Origin: Aureispira anguillae
GTDB taxonomy: Bacteria > Bacteroidota > Bacteroidia > Chitinophagales > Saprospiraceae
Length of the DNA stretch: 64,000 bases
NCBI RefSeq assembly: GCF_026000115.1
Contig: NZ_AP026867.1
Location: 2,585,716-2,649,715, forward strand
Direction: 5' to 3'
Shown here: positions 38,646 to 48,209 of the stretch, piece after piece
How the letters are laid out: each line of letters begins with the position of its first letter
How positions within the stretch are numbered: the first letter of the stretch is position 1
Notes under the pieces: generated by a model
Seen by the model: only the letters and a program-made list of their open reading frames with translations
What the model was told of the DNA's origin: nothing
Database searches by the model: none
Made by a program: the position numbers and the translations under genes

Positions 38646-39758
38646 ATGAAATTTAAAACACTAATATATATTCTATTGCTTATATCTTTTCAAAGTTGTA
38701 ATGCTCAAACGAAGAAGCAAACTTTATCAATTATTGTTGATGAAGAAGCGCAACTTTTTTTAGAAGACGATAGATTTAATTCATTATCAATTGCTATTTT
38801 TTATAATGGCGAAAGTTACGTTGAACATTTTGGAGAATTGGATAAAGGGAAAGGTAATAAACCGACCAATAAAACACTTTATGAGATAGCGTCAGTATCT
38901 AAGACAATGACTGGGTATCTTGTGGCTAGTGCAGTTGAAGAAGGTAAATTGAAATTAGATGATGCAGTTTATGATATACTTGGGGATAAGTATAAAAATC
39001 TTGAATATGGTGGAGAACCTGTTCGAATTGAACATTTAATCACGCATACAAGTGGCTTACCTTTAAATGTTCGAGGAGTTTCAGAATTATATCAGAATCC
39101 TAGTTCAAATAATTATCACGAAGCGCAAAGAATATTATCTCAATATTCTAAGGAGGATTTATTGTCTGAAATACAATCCTTAAAATTGACTCAAAAACCT
39201 GGAGAAAATTATGGCTACTCTAATGTTGCACCTAACTTAATCGCCCATATTTTAGAAGTTGTTTTTGACAAAACATTTGAAGAACTCTTGCAGGAAAAAC
39301 TGTTTAATCCTGCAAAAATGCCCAATACTTACATTAACCTTAATGATAAGCAAAAAGGTTTTCTTGCCAATGGATATAACGGAAATAATGAAATGATGCC
39401 CAATTTTAAAGAACCAATACAATTATGGGGAGCAGCAGGTCGCATTAAATCAAATTCTGAAGATTTATTGAATTATATAAAATGGCAACTCAATGAAAAA
39501 AATCCAATAACAAAACTATCGCACAAGAAGTTATTTCACGATGTAGAAAATATTTGGATAGGTTATTATTGGGAAATTATTGATAGTAATGCAGAAAAAC
39601 ACATTGAACATCACGGAGGAATCTATGGAAGTCAAAACTGGATAATGATATTTCCAGAGCAAAATATTGGAATATCTATTATTACAAATTCCAGTTTTCC
39701 TGAGGCTAATCAATTAATTAAGGAAACTACAAAAAAAATTATTAATAGATTGAAATAA
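38646..39758 (+). CDS. class C beta-lactamase-like serine hydrolase (beta-lactamase/PBP4*/esterase family), secreted
   Basis: SVSKT (SxxK) active site, YSN second motif, signal peptide from MKFKTLIYILLL; start about 38646 inferred from frame. Confidence 0.75.
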   Translation: MKFKTLIYILLLISFQSCNAQTKKQTLSIIVDEEAQLFLEDDRFNSLSIAIFYNGESYVEHFGELDKGKGNKPTNKTLYEIASVSKTMTGYLVASAVEEGKLKLDDAVYDILGDKYKNLEYGGEPVRIEHLITHTSGLPLNVRGVSELYQNPSSNNYHEAQRILSQYSKEDLLSEIQSLKLTQKPGENYGYSNVAPNLIAHILEVVFDKTFEELLQEKLFNPAKMPNTYINLNDKQKGFLANGYNGNNEMMPNFKEPIQLWGAAGRIKSNSEDLLNYIKWQLNEKNPITKLSHKKLFHDVENIWIGYYWEIIDSNAEKHIEHHGGIYGSQNWIMIFPEQNIGISIITNSSFPEANQLIKETTKKIINRLK

Positions 39759-39763
39759 ACACT

Positions 39764-39855
39764 ACCCACAATCGAGTAGACGGCTCCGCCCAAAATTGAG
39801 CGGAGTGCACCTCTCACAGCACCGTACATACGGGTCTCGTATACAGCGGTTCAAT
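39764..39855 (+). other. attC-like site
   Basis: ACCCACAATcgagtagacggctccgcccaaaattgagcggagtgcacc ... tacatacgggtctcgtatacagcGGTTCAATaatg; internal hairpin ctccgc/gcggag. Confidence 0.45.
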
Positions 39856-40152
39856 AATGATACCTTAACGATTATAGTACGCTGTTAAACTAAGGTATCC
39901 TCGCATTTTCAACCGTTTTACAGTAATTGTCGTTCCTAGAATCGGGCTTTGAGCTACTGCCCAACCTCCTATTCTAACCCTACTCCATGCCTAAGCCATT
40001 CCCTTTTCTACACCTCATCTTATTCTGTTTTTCTTCCTTCGATCAACCACCTTGCCACTTGCTTCACTTAGAGATGTTACCCTCTCGTGTCTGGGACTTA
40101 CACCCTTTGGGGTTCTTTTCTTTTTGGAAAAGAACTATATTCACCATTCAAG

Positions 40153-40220
40153 GCACACACAAAGGCTAAAATGTTCATAGCGGCTATGCGCCGCTACGCC
40201 ATTTAGCCAGACCGTTCTGC
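40153..40220 (+). other. attC-like site (short class) closing an ORF-less cassette
   Basis: gcacacacaaaggctaaaatgttcatagcggctatgcgccgctacgccatttagccagacCGTTCTGCat; paralogous to sites at 13877 and 22700. Confidence 0.55.
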
Positions 40221-40251
40221 ATTATTACTCAAAAATTTCACCTCAAACCTC

Positions 40252-40938
40252 ATGAATAAAATATTGTCCTTACTATTTATTTTAGCATTCATCAATCTAA
40301 GTTGTAATAATTCAGCGGACAACAATCAACTAAGTCACGATAATGAAAGTAAACCTGATATAGATAAATCAGTTTCAAAGCATTCTGTACCCCTGAAAAA
40401 ATTACTAGCAGATTCGAAAGAAAAATTTCCATTTGAGCATTTAGAAATTGAACCGTTTTCATTCTTCAAGACTTTTAGACTTCATGAAAGTTCTAAAAAT
40501 GCATTTTACATCAAATTAGGTGAAAATGATAAATTTTTCGAAATTGAGATTTATGAGTTAAAAAATAAAGAATGGTTCTTGATTGCTAAAAATGATATAT
40601 TGGAAGCTGATTATTTTCAGTTTGACCTAAAGATTGAAGATTATAATTTTGATGGATTTAAAGATTTTTATATCCAAACTAACGCATCAAATGGGCTAAC
40701 ATTATCTCATGGCTACCTTCTTGTTTATGATAAAGAAAAAAACAGACTCTTGCCACTTCCTTATGGTTTTCTGCACTCAAATATAAGACCAGATAGAAGT
40801 TCAAAAAACGTAAAGTCTGATGAAAAAATTATGTGCAAAGAAGATGGTGATTGGGCTTACTGTGAAAAAACACTAAAATGGGAAAAAGATTCACTCATAG
40901 AAATAAATAAAACTTGTCCATGTACTCCTGAATTGTAA
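40252..40938 (+). CDS. lipoprotein, hypothetical
   Basis: lipobox INLSCNNS. Confidence 0.5.
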   Translation: MNKILSLLFILAFINLSCNNSADNNQLSHDNESKPDIDKSVSKHSVPLKKLLADSKEKFPFEHLEIEPFSFFKTFRLHESSKNAFYIKLGENDKFFEIEIYELKNKEWFLIAKNDILEADYFQFDLKIEDYNFDGFKDFYIQTNASNGLTLSHGYLLVYDKEKNRLLPLPYGFLHSNIRPDRSSKNVKSDEKIMCKEDGDWAYCEKTLKWEKDSLIEINKTCPCTPEL

Positions 40939-40969
40939 ACTAAATATAACTATCCACAACAATACGCAC

Positions 40970-42271
40970 ATGCCAATTAAAATCATATTAACATTGATGT
41001 TTAATAGAATACTACTTCCTATCCTTTTTGCTTTTTCCCCATTCTGTATTCACGCACAAATCAATCAAATTTCGAAAGATTTACATCAAGCGCTAAAAAA
41101 GCAATCATTAGAGCCCATTTCTCAGTACTTCCTAAAAACAGCACAAACTATTAAAGTTTTGAGCTGGCCTGCAAGTCCAAGAACTACTGCACGTGTGGAC
41201 TCTATGAATAAATCATATCAAGATTCACTCATCAGGCAAATCAAAAAACTAAATCTAAACTTAAAAAAGAAAGGATTTAATTTGAAAAAAAGTAAACTCA
41301 TCAAAGTGGAAAGATCACTGGGGGCTTTCGCACAAATGACATTATATCTATCCAACAAAAAGAAAACAGCCACTATTTATATAAGTGTAATGGATTTAAA
41401 TGAAAAGGATTACTTTTTAGAATCTTATCCGTCTACCTCTCCAAAAGAAGGCTCTAATTACTCTTCTTCCACTATGCTTAATAACAAACGTTACTTTCTT
41501 TGGCACCTAAGGAAATCTGAAATAAAAAAAGCTCTAAACATAATAAAAAAAGAAGAGCCCATTGTGTTTAAAGGAAAAACTTATCCTAATTATGGGTGGA
41601 TTGGATTAATCCATGGTATCATAACAGAAGAAGGGAAACGCTATGTATACACTAAAGGTTTTAGAGCTGGAGATGACACCAAAATTGTTATTATCGTTGA
41701 TCTCCTAAAAGGGGAAATTTTCAAAATTGAAAAAGATATTCCTTATAAAGAACCACAAGCAAATCCTTCTGATACGCTTAGTTTAGATGATATATTGAAT
41801 AAAATAGAGATAAACAATGATACATCCCAAGTCAATAAGTTTATATTATTGAGAAAAAAAATTATATCATTTAACACCTTTCTTGACTCACTAAGGATAG
41901 AATTAGTGTCCCAATCTGGAGGATACATTGAAAAAGATGGTCGAAAAATTCCTAAGGGTAAAAAAGATAAAGAAACACCTCATAAAATTTTCATTACGGA
42001 ACGAAAAGGAAATGAATTAAAACAAAAAATACTTCAACTAGAAAAGGATTTCATTAATTTCTTTGACGACTCAAAAATTAAAAACATTGTAAAAAGAGAA
42101 ATAACCATCGGAATTAACGAAAGTGGGCCTAAAGAGAGAGGAAAAACATGGGAGGAATTTACGTTTGGTCATATGCCAATCGCTGCGATATTTCCGATGC
42201 TAAGGAAATTTCAAAATGATGTAAAAACTTCTGAAGCTGTTATCATACAATTACTTCTGAAGGAAAAATGA
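40970..42271 (+). CDS. secreted hypothetical protein (433 aa)
   Basis: signal peptide; same cassette as upstream lipoprotein. Confidence 0.5.
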   Translation: MPIKIILTLMFNRILLPILFAFSPFCIHAQINQISKDLHQALKKQSLEPISQYFLKTAQTIKVLSWPASPRTTARVDSMNKSYQDSLIRQIKKLNLNLKKKGFNLKKSKLIKVERSLGAFAQMTLYLSNKKKTATIYISVMDLNEKDYFLESYPSTSPKEGSNYSSSTMLNNKRYFLWHLRKSEIKKALNIIKKEEPIVFKGKTYPNYGWIGLIHGIITEEGKRYVYTKGFRAGDDTKIVIIVDLLKGEIFKIEKDIPYKEPQANPSDTLSLDDILNKIEINNDTSQVNKFILLRKKIISFNTFLDSLRIELVSQSGGYIEKDGRKIPKGKKDKETPHKIFITERKGNELKQKILQLEKDFINFFDDSKIKNIVKREITIGINESGPKERGKTWEEFTFGHMPIAAIFPMLRKFQNDVKTSEAVIIQLLLKEK

Positions 42272-42276
42272 AAGAG

Positions 42277-42429
42277 GTCATAACAATGTCTATAATCCAT
42301 GCTAGATTTTCGTCGGATGCTCTACAACTCGTGGCATGACTAACACTGCAAAATCTGTGATTTTGCTCAATTGCAACACCATTATTTCGTATTTTACTCT
42401 TCCATACATTATATACAATAATGTTGTCA
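42277..42429 (+). other. attC-like site
   Basis: GTCATAACAATGTCTATAATCCATGC ... ctgcaaaatctgtgattttgc ... tacaataatGTTGTCAacaat. Confidence 0.5.
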
Positions 42430-42545
42430 ACAATTAAAGGTTAACACTCAAAATAGTGACAGAAAATCCATAAAACACCAAAAAAATGTAACAACAAGTT
42501 TCTAAATCCGTTCCATAGCTCTTTAAGTAACTAAAAATATATTAT

Positions 42546-43004
42546 ATGAAAAGAACAGTACAAAGTGCTGTAGTTTGTGGAACCACAATGACAGTGTTAA
42601 ACATTTTAAATCAACTATTTTTCAACCCCAAAGAAAAATTTGATTTCGAAGAATTATTTGAATGTACTTTAATTGGAGCTGGAATTGGGGCTACGGTAGG
42701 AGTTACGATTGATACCGTGGAATATTTATCTAAAAATGATGAAAAATCAGAACTTTCACTTCCTGATAAAGTTTGGAATAAAGGGGACAAAGTTTGGTAT
42801 TTAGATTCTAATGTTTGGAGAAAAGATAAGTATGGAAATACTATTAAATATTCTGAATACGGTAACAGAAAATCCGATTATGGCTGGGAAAAGGACCATT
42901 CAAAACCTAAATCAAAAGGTGGTAAAGATCATCTAAATAATTTCCAACCATTACAATGGAAAGAGAATCTAAAAAAAAGTAATAAATATCCATATAAGAA
43001 ATAA
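42546..43004 (+). CDS. small HNH-endonuclease-motif protein with N-terminal hydrophobic/Gly-zipper region
   Basis: YGWEKDHSKPKSKGGKDHLNNFQPLQWKENLKKSNK fits the HNH pattern WExDHxxPxSxGGxD ... N ... N. Confidence 0.5.
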   Translation: MKRTVQSAVVCGTTMTVLNILNQLFFNPKEKFDFEELFECTLIGAGIGATVGVTIDTVEYLSKNDEKSELSLPDKVWNKGDKVWYLDSNVWRKDKYGNTIKYSEYGNRKSDYGWEKDHSKPKSKGGKDHLNNFQPLQWKENLKKSNKYPYKK

Positions 43005-43022
43005 GTAATTAAATAGATGCTA

Positions 43023-43055
43023 AAGATCTCAGATCAACAATAGATCTGAGATCTT
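43023..43055. terminator. perfect 13-bp-arm palindrome (hairpin) after HNH gene
   Basis: aagatctcagatc-aacaata-gatctgagatctt. Confidence 0.4.
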
Positions 43056-43482
43056 GAAATAGGATACTTAAAAGTTGAAGACACGGAATAGTAAAAACTT
43101 CATGCAATGTATGGACTGCAAGTGAGAAGGACTTTGGTTGATAATTTTGGATTGAAACAAACTATGCAAAACTGAAAATAAAACGCCTAAGCAAATTTTA
43201 TACAACAATGAATTATTGCACGAATACAGAAAACAAAGAGCACCAAGAATTGGCTTACAAAATCTAATTTACAGCATTTAACGAATGCTGGTGGAATTTA
43301 TGGCGAAAGGCTTTGCTGTCGTTCAAAGAAAACTCTCGGTTATGATTTATTTCTCATTCAAAAACAATAGTGCTTTTGATCCAGATTTTCATAAAATTCA
43401 AGCAATTAAACATAATCTGAAATAACAACAACAGCACATGATATGCAATAACGTTGTAGTGCATTCCTAAACAAAGAAAATA

Positions 43483-44310
43483 ATGAAGACAGTTAAAATT
43501 GAAAGGAATATTATCGAGTATCAGGATTTAGGTAAAGGTCAACCAATTATATTCATACACGGTGCGTTCTCAAATGGGAATACTTGGAGAAAGGTAATTC
43601 CTCAGCTTTCAAATAATTATCGTTGCATCATACCAGAATGGCCATTTGGTGGTCATAAGGTACCAATATTAAATGAATTGGACTTCTCTCCTGATGGCAT
43701 TGCAGAATTAATTGCCAAACTTATTACAAAACTTGGACTCCATAACTCCATTATAATTGCCAATGACACAGGTGGTGCTTACGCACAAGTGTTTGCGTCT
43801 AAGTATAATGAAATGATTTCTCATTTGATTTTAAGTAATTGTGAAGGGTTTGAGATATTCCCTCCTAAAAAATTCAAATCTCTATCAACAATGGTTAAAA
43901 TTCCTGGATATATGTGGCTTATGGCAAAACTCTTTAGTTATAAAGCTTCATTAAAGTGGGATATGACATTCGGACTATTGAGTCATAAACTGACAAAAGA
44001 AGATATATCTGAATTGTATGTAAAAAACTTCGTGAAAAATAATTTAATCCGAGAAGATTTCAGGAAAATGGCTGTTCAATGGGATCCACTATATACAGAA
44101 AGAGCAGCTATCAAGTTAGTGGAATTCAATAAACCAGTATTAATTACTTGGGGGAAAGACGATTTCAAATTATTTCCTATGGAGTTAGGAAAAAAGCTAA
44201 AAACCATTTTTCCAAATGTAAAATTCGTAGAAATCGAAAACTCCAAGACTTATGTTCAAGAAGATAACCCTATCGCTCTTGTGGAAAGTATAAACCAATT
44301 TTTAAAATAA
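43483..44310 (+). CDS. alpha/beta hydrolase (haloalkane dehalogenase/epoxide hydrolase-like)
   Basis: HGxxxxxxxW motif (IIFIHGAFSNGNTWRK); nucleophile elbow IIANDTGGAYA with Asp nucleophile. Confidence 0.6.
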   Translation: MKTVKIERNIIEYQDLGKGQPIIFIHGAFSNGNTWRKVIPQLSNNYRCIIPEWPFGGHKVPILNELDFSPDGIAELIAKLITKLGLHNSIIIANDTGGAYAQVFASKYNEMISHLILSNCEGFEIFPPKKFKSLSTMVKIPGYMWLMAKLFSYKASLKWDMTFGLLSHKLTKEDISELYVKNFVKNNLIREDFRKMAVQWDPLYTERAAIKLVEFNKPVLITWGKDDFKLFPMELGKKLKTIFPNVKFVEIENSKTYVQEDNPIALVESINQFLK

Positions 44311-44382
44311 AAAATCTAAAAAATTGTTACTTTTACAGTAAAACAAAACCACTAAATAAAATCAGATTTTTAATCAAAAACC

Positions 44383-45186
44383 ATGAGAGAAATCACACTA
44401 CTTTTCCTTTTGTTTTGTACAATCAATACTACTTTTTCTCAAGTAATTATAAAACAAAAAAAGGATAGATATGCTATTGTTAAGAAAGGTACTAAAGCTA
44501 AAAAGAAAAACTTTGTATATTCCTCAGTAAAAGAAGACTATAATGATTTTTTTCTTGTAAAAGAAAATTCTAAATGGGGACTACTAAATTCTTCGGGCAA
44601 AAAAATAGCTAAATCAATATATGATACAATCTATACATCTGGTTATTGCTACATTGCTAAATTAGAAAACCATTTTGGTGCAATTGATACATCTGGAAAA
44701 AGCGTAATACCTTTTAAATATGAGCAAATACATTGGGCATCTATAAATGGCGATGGAACCGTAAAAAAAGATGGCAAATGGGCTTCACTTGAAGATGGAG
44801 AGTTATTTTTTGAAAAAGAGAAAGTTATCTTTTCATCTCCTCATAAACTTCCTATGTTTAAAAACTGTCCAAGTGCTCCTCAGAATTATAAAGATTTAAA
44901 ATCTTGCGCTGACAAAAAATTACTAGAGTTTATTTATCAAAATATTCACTATCCTAAAAAAGCTATTGCTAAAGGCATTGAGGGAATGGTTGTTATTTCA
45001 TTTACTGTAACAGATAAAGGATACATTAAAAATATAAAAATCCTTAGAGAAATTGGTGGAGGATGTGGTGATGCTGCAAAAGATTTATTTAAGGATCAAG
45101 AACAATGGATTCCTGCTGTTCATGATGGAGAAAATGTTTACTGCAAGTATAATATTCCAATAAGATTCAAGCTCTCAAAAAAATAA
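44383..45186 (+). CDS. secreted WG-repeat protein with TonB C-terminal-like domain
   Basis: signal peptide; KWGLLNSSGKKIAKSIYDTI-type WG repeats; C-terminal YPKKAIAKGIEGMVVISFTVTDKGYIKNIKILREIGGGCGDAAKDLF ... WIPAV resembles TonB_C. Confidence 0.5.
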   Translation: MREITLLFLLFCTINTTFSQVIIKQKKDRYAIVKKGTKAKKKNFVYSSVKEDYNDFFLVKENSKWGLLNSSGKKIAKSIYDTIYTSGYCYIAKLENHFGAIDTSGKSVIPFKYEQIHWASINGDGTVKKDGKWASLEDGELFFEKEKVIFSSPHKLPMFKNCPSAPQNYKDLKSCADKKLLEFIYQNIHYPKKAIAKGIEGMVVISFTVTDKGYIKNIKILREIGGGCGDAAKDLFKDQEQWIPAVHDGENVYCKYNIPIRFKLSKK

Positions 45187-45825
45187 AAACGGCCTCTCTG
45201 ATTTAAATCTTTATGGAAAAGTAAAGTCGATAAAGGAAATCACCTATCATGTAAAAGATGACTCTGGTAAAATTTATAAAGATAGGGTCTATTCTTTTTT
45301 AGAAAAAAACTATTTATCATAGGGGATTAACTAATTTTAATTAGATTGATTTTATATTTTATCTAATCAAGATACCTTTTTCTATGGATGATAACCTATT
45401 AGATTATAATGAAATGGACAAATTGGAAGACCACCTTAATATAGATGGCTACTATTTAGAAGATGTTGTAGAACTGTTGATTGAGAATAACATTGACCAT
45501 AAAGTAAGGGAAATCAGAAGATTAAACGATGATCATGATCATACTAGACTAGGCTTAAAACCTAATGACATCCAATTAGGTGATAAACGCTATGTCATTC
45601 AAGTAGCTAAAAATAAAAAACTAGAGGTTACTGATTTAGTCAAAATCAAAATTGAAGCTCTCGATAACTGTCGAGAAATTAGGAAAGCTTTTTTTCAAGA
45701 ATCAATGGACGATCAAGGCTTGATTGATGTCTTATTGTATTCTGAAGATTGGAATGATGATGACATAGTACGGTATACCCCAAAAATAGGACCACTAGTT
45801 AAGTTCGGAAAAAAAGCTTAAATTA

Positions 45826-46104
45826 GTGATTATGAAGAAAAGAAAATTCACAGCAAAGTTCAAAACAGAAGTAGTATTAGAGGCTCTAAAAGAGCAATCT
45901 ACTTTATCAGAGTTAGCTCAAAAATATGAGCTTGCACCAACACAAATTCGTACTTGGAAGAAACAATTTTTGGAAGGAGCAGAAGACATATTTGAAAAAC
46001 CAACTTCTAAGCAGACCGAGGAGGAGAAGGAAAAAGACAAACTTTTACAGACTATAGGTAAGCTAAAAGTCGAGAATGACTTTTTAAAAAAAGTGTTGAA
46101 ATAA
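45826..46104 (+). CDS. IS3-family transposase OrfA
   Basis: identical to 31056..31334. Confidence 0.9.
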   Translation: MIMKKRKFTAKFKTEVVLEALKEQSTLSELAQKYELAPTQIRTWKKQFLEGAEDIFEKPTSKQTEEEKEKDKLLQTIGKLKVENDFLKKVLK

Positions 46105-46109
46105 AGCCC

Positions 46110-47018
46110 TTGTCCGAGAAACGTCAACATATTAATTCTAATCACCCAATTTTGAGTGTTCGCCGTCAATGCAAGTTGATAGGTATTCATCGCTCTGGTA
46201 TTTATTATCAACCAAAAGAAGAGAGCGAATTAAATATGGAGTTGATGCGATTAATGGATGAACATTACCTAAAGCATCCCTATAAAGGAGCTCGTGCCAT
46301 GCATTTATGGTTGACGGCGGATAAAGGTTTTAAGGTGAATCGAAAGCGTATTAATCGATTGTATTATTCTGTAATGGGCTTGCGATCCATTTTACCAGGA
46401 CCACAGACGTCAAAACCAGGAAAAGGAGAAGACCATCAAGTTTTTCCTTATCTACTGAGAGGCTTAAAAATAGAACGACCTAACCAAGTCTGGGCAATGG
46501 ATATTACTTATATTCCTATGCCAAAGGGTTTTCTATATTTAACTGCTGTCATTGACCTTTATAGTCGATTTGTAGTGTCTTGGTCAATATCGAATACGAT
46601 GGATGCCCTATGGTGCAAAAATACATTAGAAGAAGGGATAGAAAGATATGGGAAGCCAGAGATTTTGAATACGGATCAAGGAAGTCAATTTACATCAAAA
46701 GAATTTGTCAAATGTGTTACCAAAGATTATGGAATTAAATTTAGCATGGATGGAAAAGGGCGCTGTATCGATAATGTGTTTATTGAACGATTATGGTGGT
46801 CTGTGAAATACGAAGATGCTTATATTCGAGAGTATTTGGATGGAAGTGCATTGCATACAGGAATGAAAAAGTATTTTAACAAATATAACTGGGAAAGAAG
46901 ACACATGGGGATTGACGATGAACGTCCTTGTGACCGATATTCCCCTTCCAAAACCTCCCAAAATTTCTGTGAGGAGATTTTGGAAGAAAAATATCTAATA
47001 AATTTAAAATCAGCTTAA
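46110..47018 (+). CDS. IS3-family transposase OrfB
   Basis: identical to 30142..31050. Confidence 0.9.
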   Translation: MSEKRQHINSNHPILSVRRQCKLIGIHRSGIYYQPKEESELNMELMRLMDEHYLKHPYKGARAMHLWLTADKGFKVNRKRINRLYYSVMGLRSILPGPQTSKPGKGEDHQVFPYLLRGLKIERPNQVWAMDITYIPMPKGFLYLTAVIDLYSRFVVSWSISNTMDALWCKNTLEEGIERYGKPEILNTDQGSQFTSKEFVKCVTKDYGIKFSMDGKGRCIDNVFIERLWWSVKYEDAYIREYLDGSALHTGMKKYFNKYNWERRHMGIDDERPCDRYSPSKTSQNFCEEILEEKYLINLKSA

Positions 47019-47330
47019 ACTGGTCCTATAAATGGGGTACACCTCAATAGAAATTGTCCAGCAACTATTAGCCAATAAAAATATTATACTTTCAGAAACA
47101 GAATTAGCTCAATTAAGACTTGAAAAAGGTCCTAAAAAGAAACACTCACCAGAAGATACGAGGAAATGGGCAGCCTTATTAATAATTGGTTTGCCATTGC
47201 TTTATATTTTAATAGTTTTATGGGGATAATTCTTAGAGAAAAAACAAAACAATTGGCGATCAAAATTAGCTGCGCTGATTTTTTAAATTCGGTGGGGCAA
47301 AGAGACCTCTCCATTTTTATCTAGTTAATG

Positions 47331-47978
47331 CTAATAAACTAAATGATCATAAGAATCATAAGGATCATCAATTATAGGTTCCTTTATTTCTTCTTCCTTT
47401 AATTCGGGCATCAAACCAATAGACCATAAAACAAAGAGAATAAATCCATGAAATGCCATTCCATAAACCAAATCAAGGTTGAGGTGTGTTAAACTAAATT
47501 CATAAAGTATTCGATGTGGATCATCATTTAGAGTCATCCCCTCTATGTATCGATGTTCACAAAAGAAAAGTACGGCATTATAAGCATCTATATCCCAGAA
47601 CGGATTGTGTAACAAAAGTATAAGACAAGTAAAAGGAATACTTAAAAATATTCGACGAATCAGAAAGATTAGTGTCAAAAGAAAAGCGGGAAGATACCCA
47701 TAAAATATCATTTGAAAAATATAACAATTGAATGCTTCCGAAGCAGTAAATTCTAAAGCCAAGTCTTGAGAAAAGGGGATATAGTATTTGTTATATCTAT
47801 AAATGTTTAAGGCAAATAATGTGCTCGCCCCAAGTAAAAACAATAAATTACTGGCTCCAAGCAATTTACGAGCAGTTTTGGAATTCAAAAAAATTATTGC
47901 AATGAATAAACATAGGGTTATATAAAAGTAAGCATAGGGATAAGCATATCCTATCCTTACAAAAGAAAATGAGCGCAT
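47331..47978 (-). CDS. integral membrane protein
   Basis: 215 aa, 5-6 TM segments; opposite strand to cassette ORFs. Confidence 0.5.
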   Translation of the reverse strand: MRSFSFVRIGYAYPYAYFYITLCLFIAIIFLNSKTARKLLGASNLLFLLGASTLFALNIYRYNKYYIPFSQDLALEFTASEAFNCYIFQMIFYGYLPAFLLTLIFLIRRIFLSIPFTCLILLLHNPFWDIDAYNAVLFFCEHRYIEGMTLNDDPHRILYEFSLTHLNLDLVYGMAFHGFILFVLWSIGLMPELKEEEIKEPIIDDPYDSYDHLVY

Positions 47979-48209
47979 ATTAGAATAAGGAAATTGTATG
48001 TAATGGACGAGTATTATTCGATAATAAAATAACTAAATATAAATATTTTTATCGTCTAAATAACAACTTCGTATATATTCATCCAGCTCATCGGGAAAAG
48101 AATCATAGATTTGGCTATTTTGTAAAATTAGACTTCGTCCTTTGTTTTGCTTCTCCCCTACACGCATTTAGCGGCAATAAAAAAATGATAAAATGAACCT
48201 TTCTAATTT

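Larger units (their letters stand above)
45769..47046 (+). mobile_element. IS3-family insertion sequence (type B), copy 2
   Basis: TACGGTATACCCC ... GGGGTACACCTCA ends flanked by a 4-bp ATAG target duplication; identical to copy 1 in inverted orientation. Confidence 0.9.
45384..47229 (+). pseudogene. cassette gene split by IS3-B insertion (N part 45384-45768, C part 47047-47229)
   Basis: removing the IS and one ATAG copy restores a continuous frame ...DDDIEIVQQLLANKN... ending in a C-terminal TM helix. Confidence 0.7.

Noticed and set aside
43203-43459. A long attC spanning 43203-43459, or a short one at 43421-43459
   Set aside because: Only the core GTTGTAG and weak AACAA-type heads are recognisable. 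Boundaries ambiguous, so not listed as a feature.
47032-47229. Apparent independent 65-aa gene starting MGYTSI
   Set aside because: The first residues are encoded by the IS3-B terminal repeat. It is the C-terminal part of the IS-split gene 45384..47229. The same artefact produces the MGYTS start of 29136..30128.
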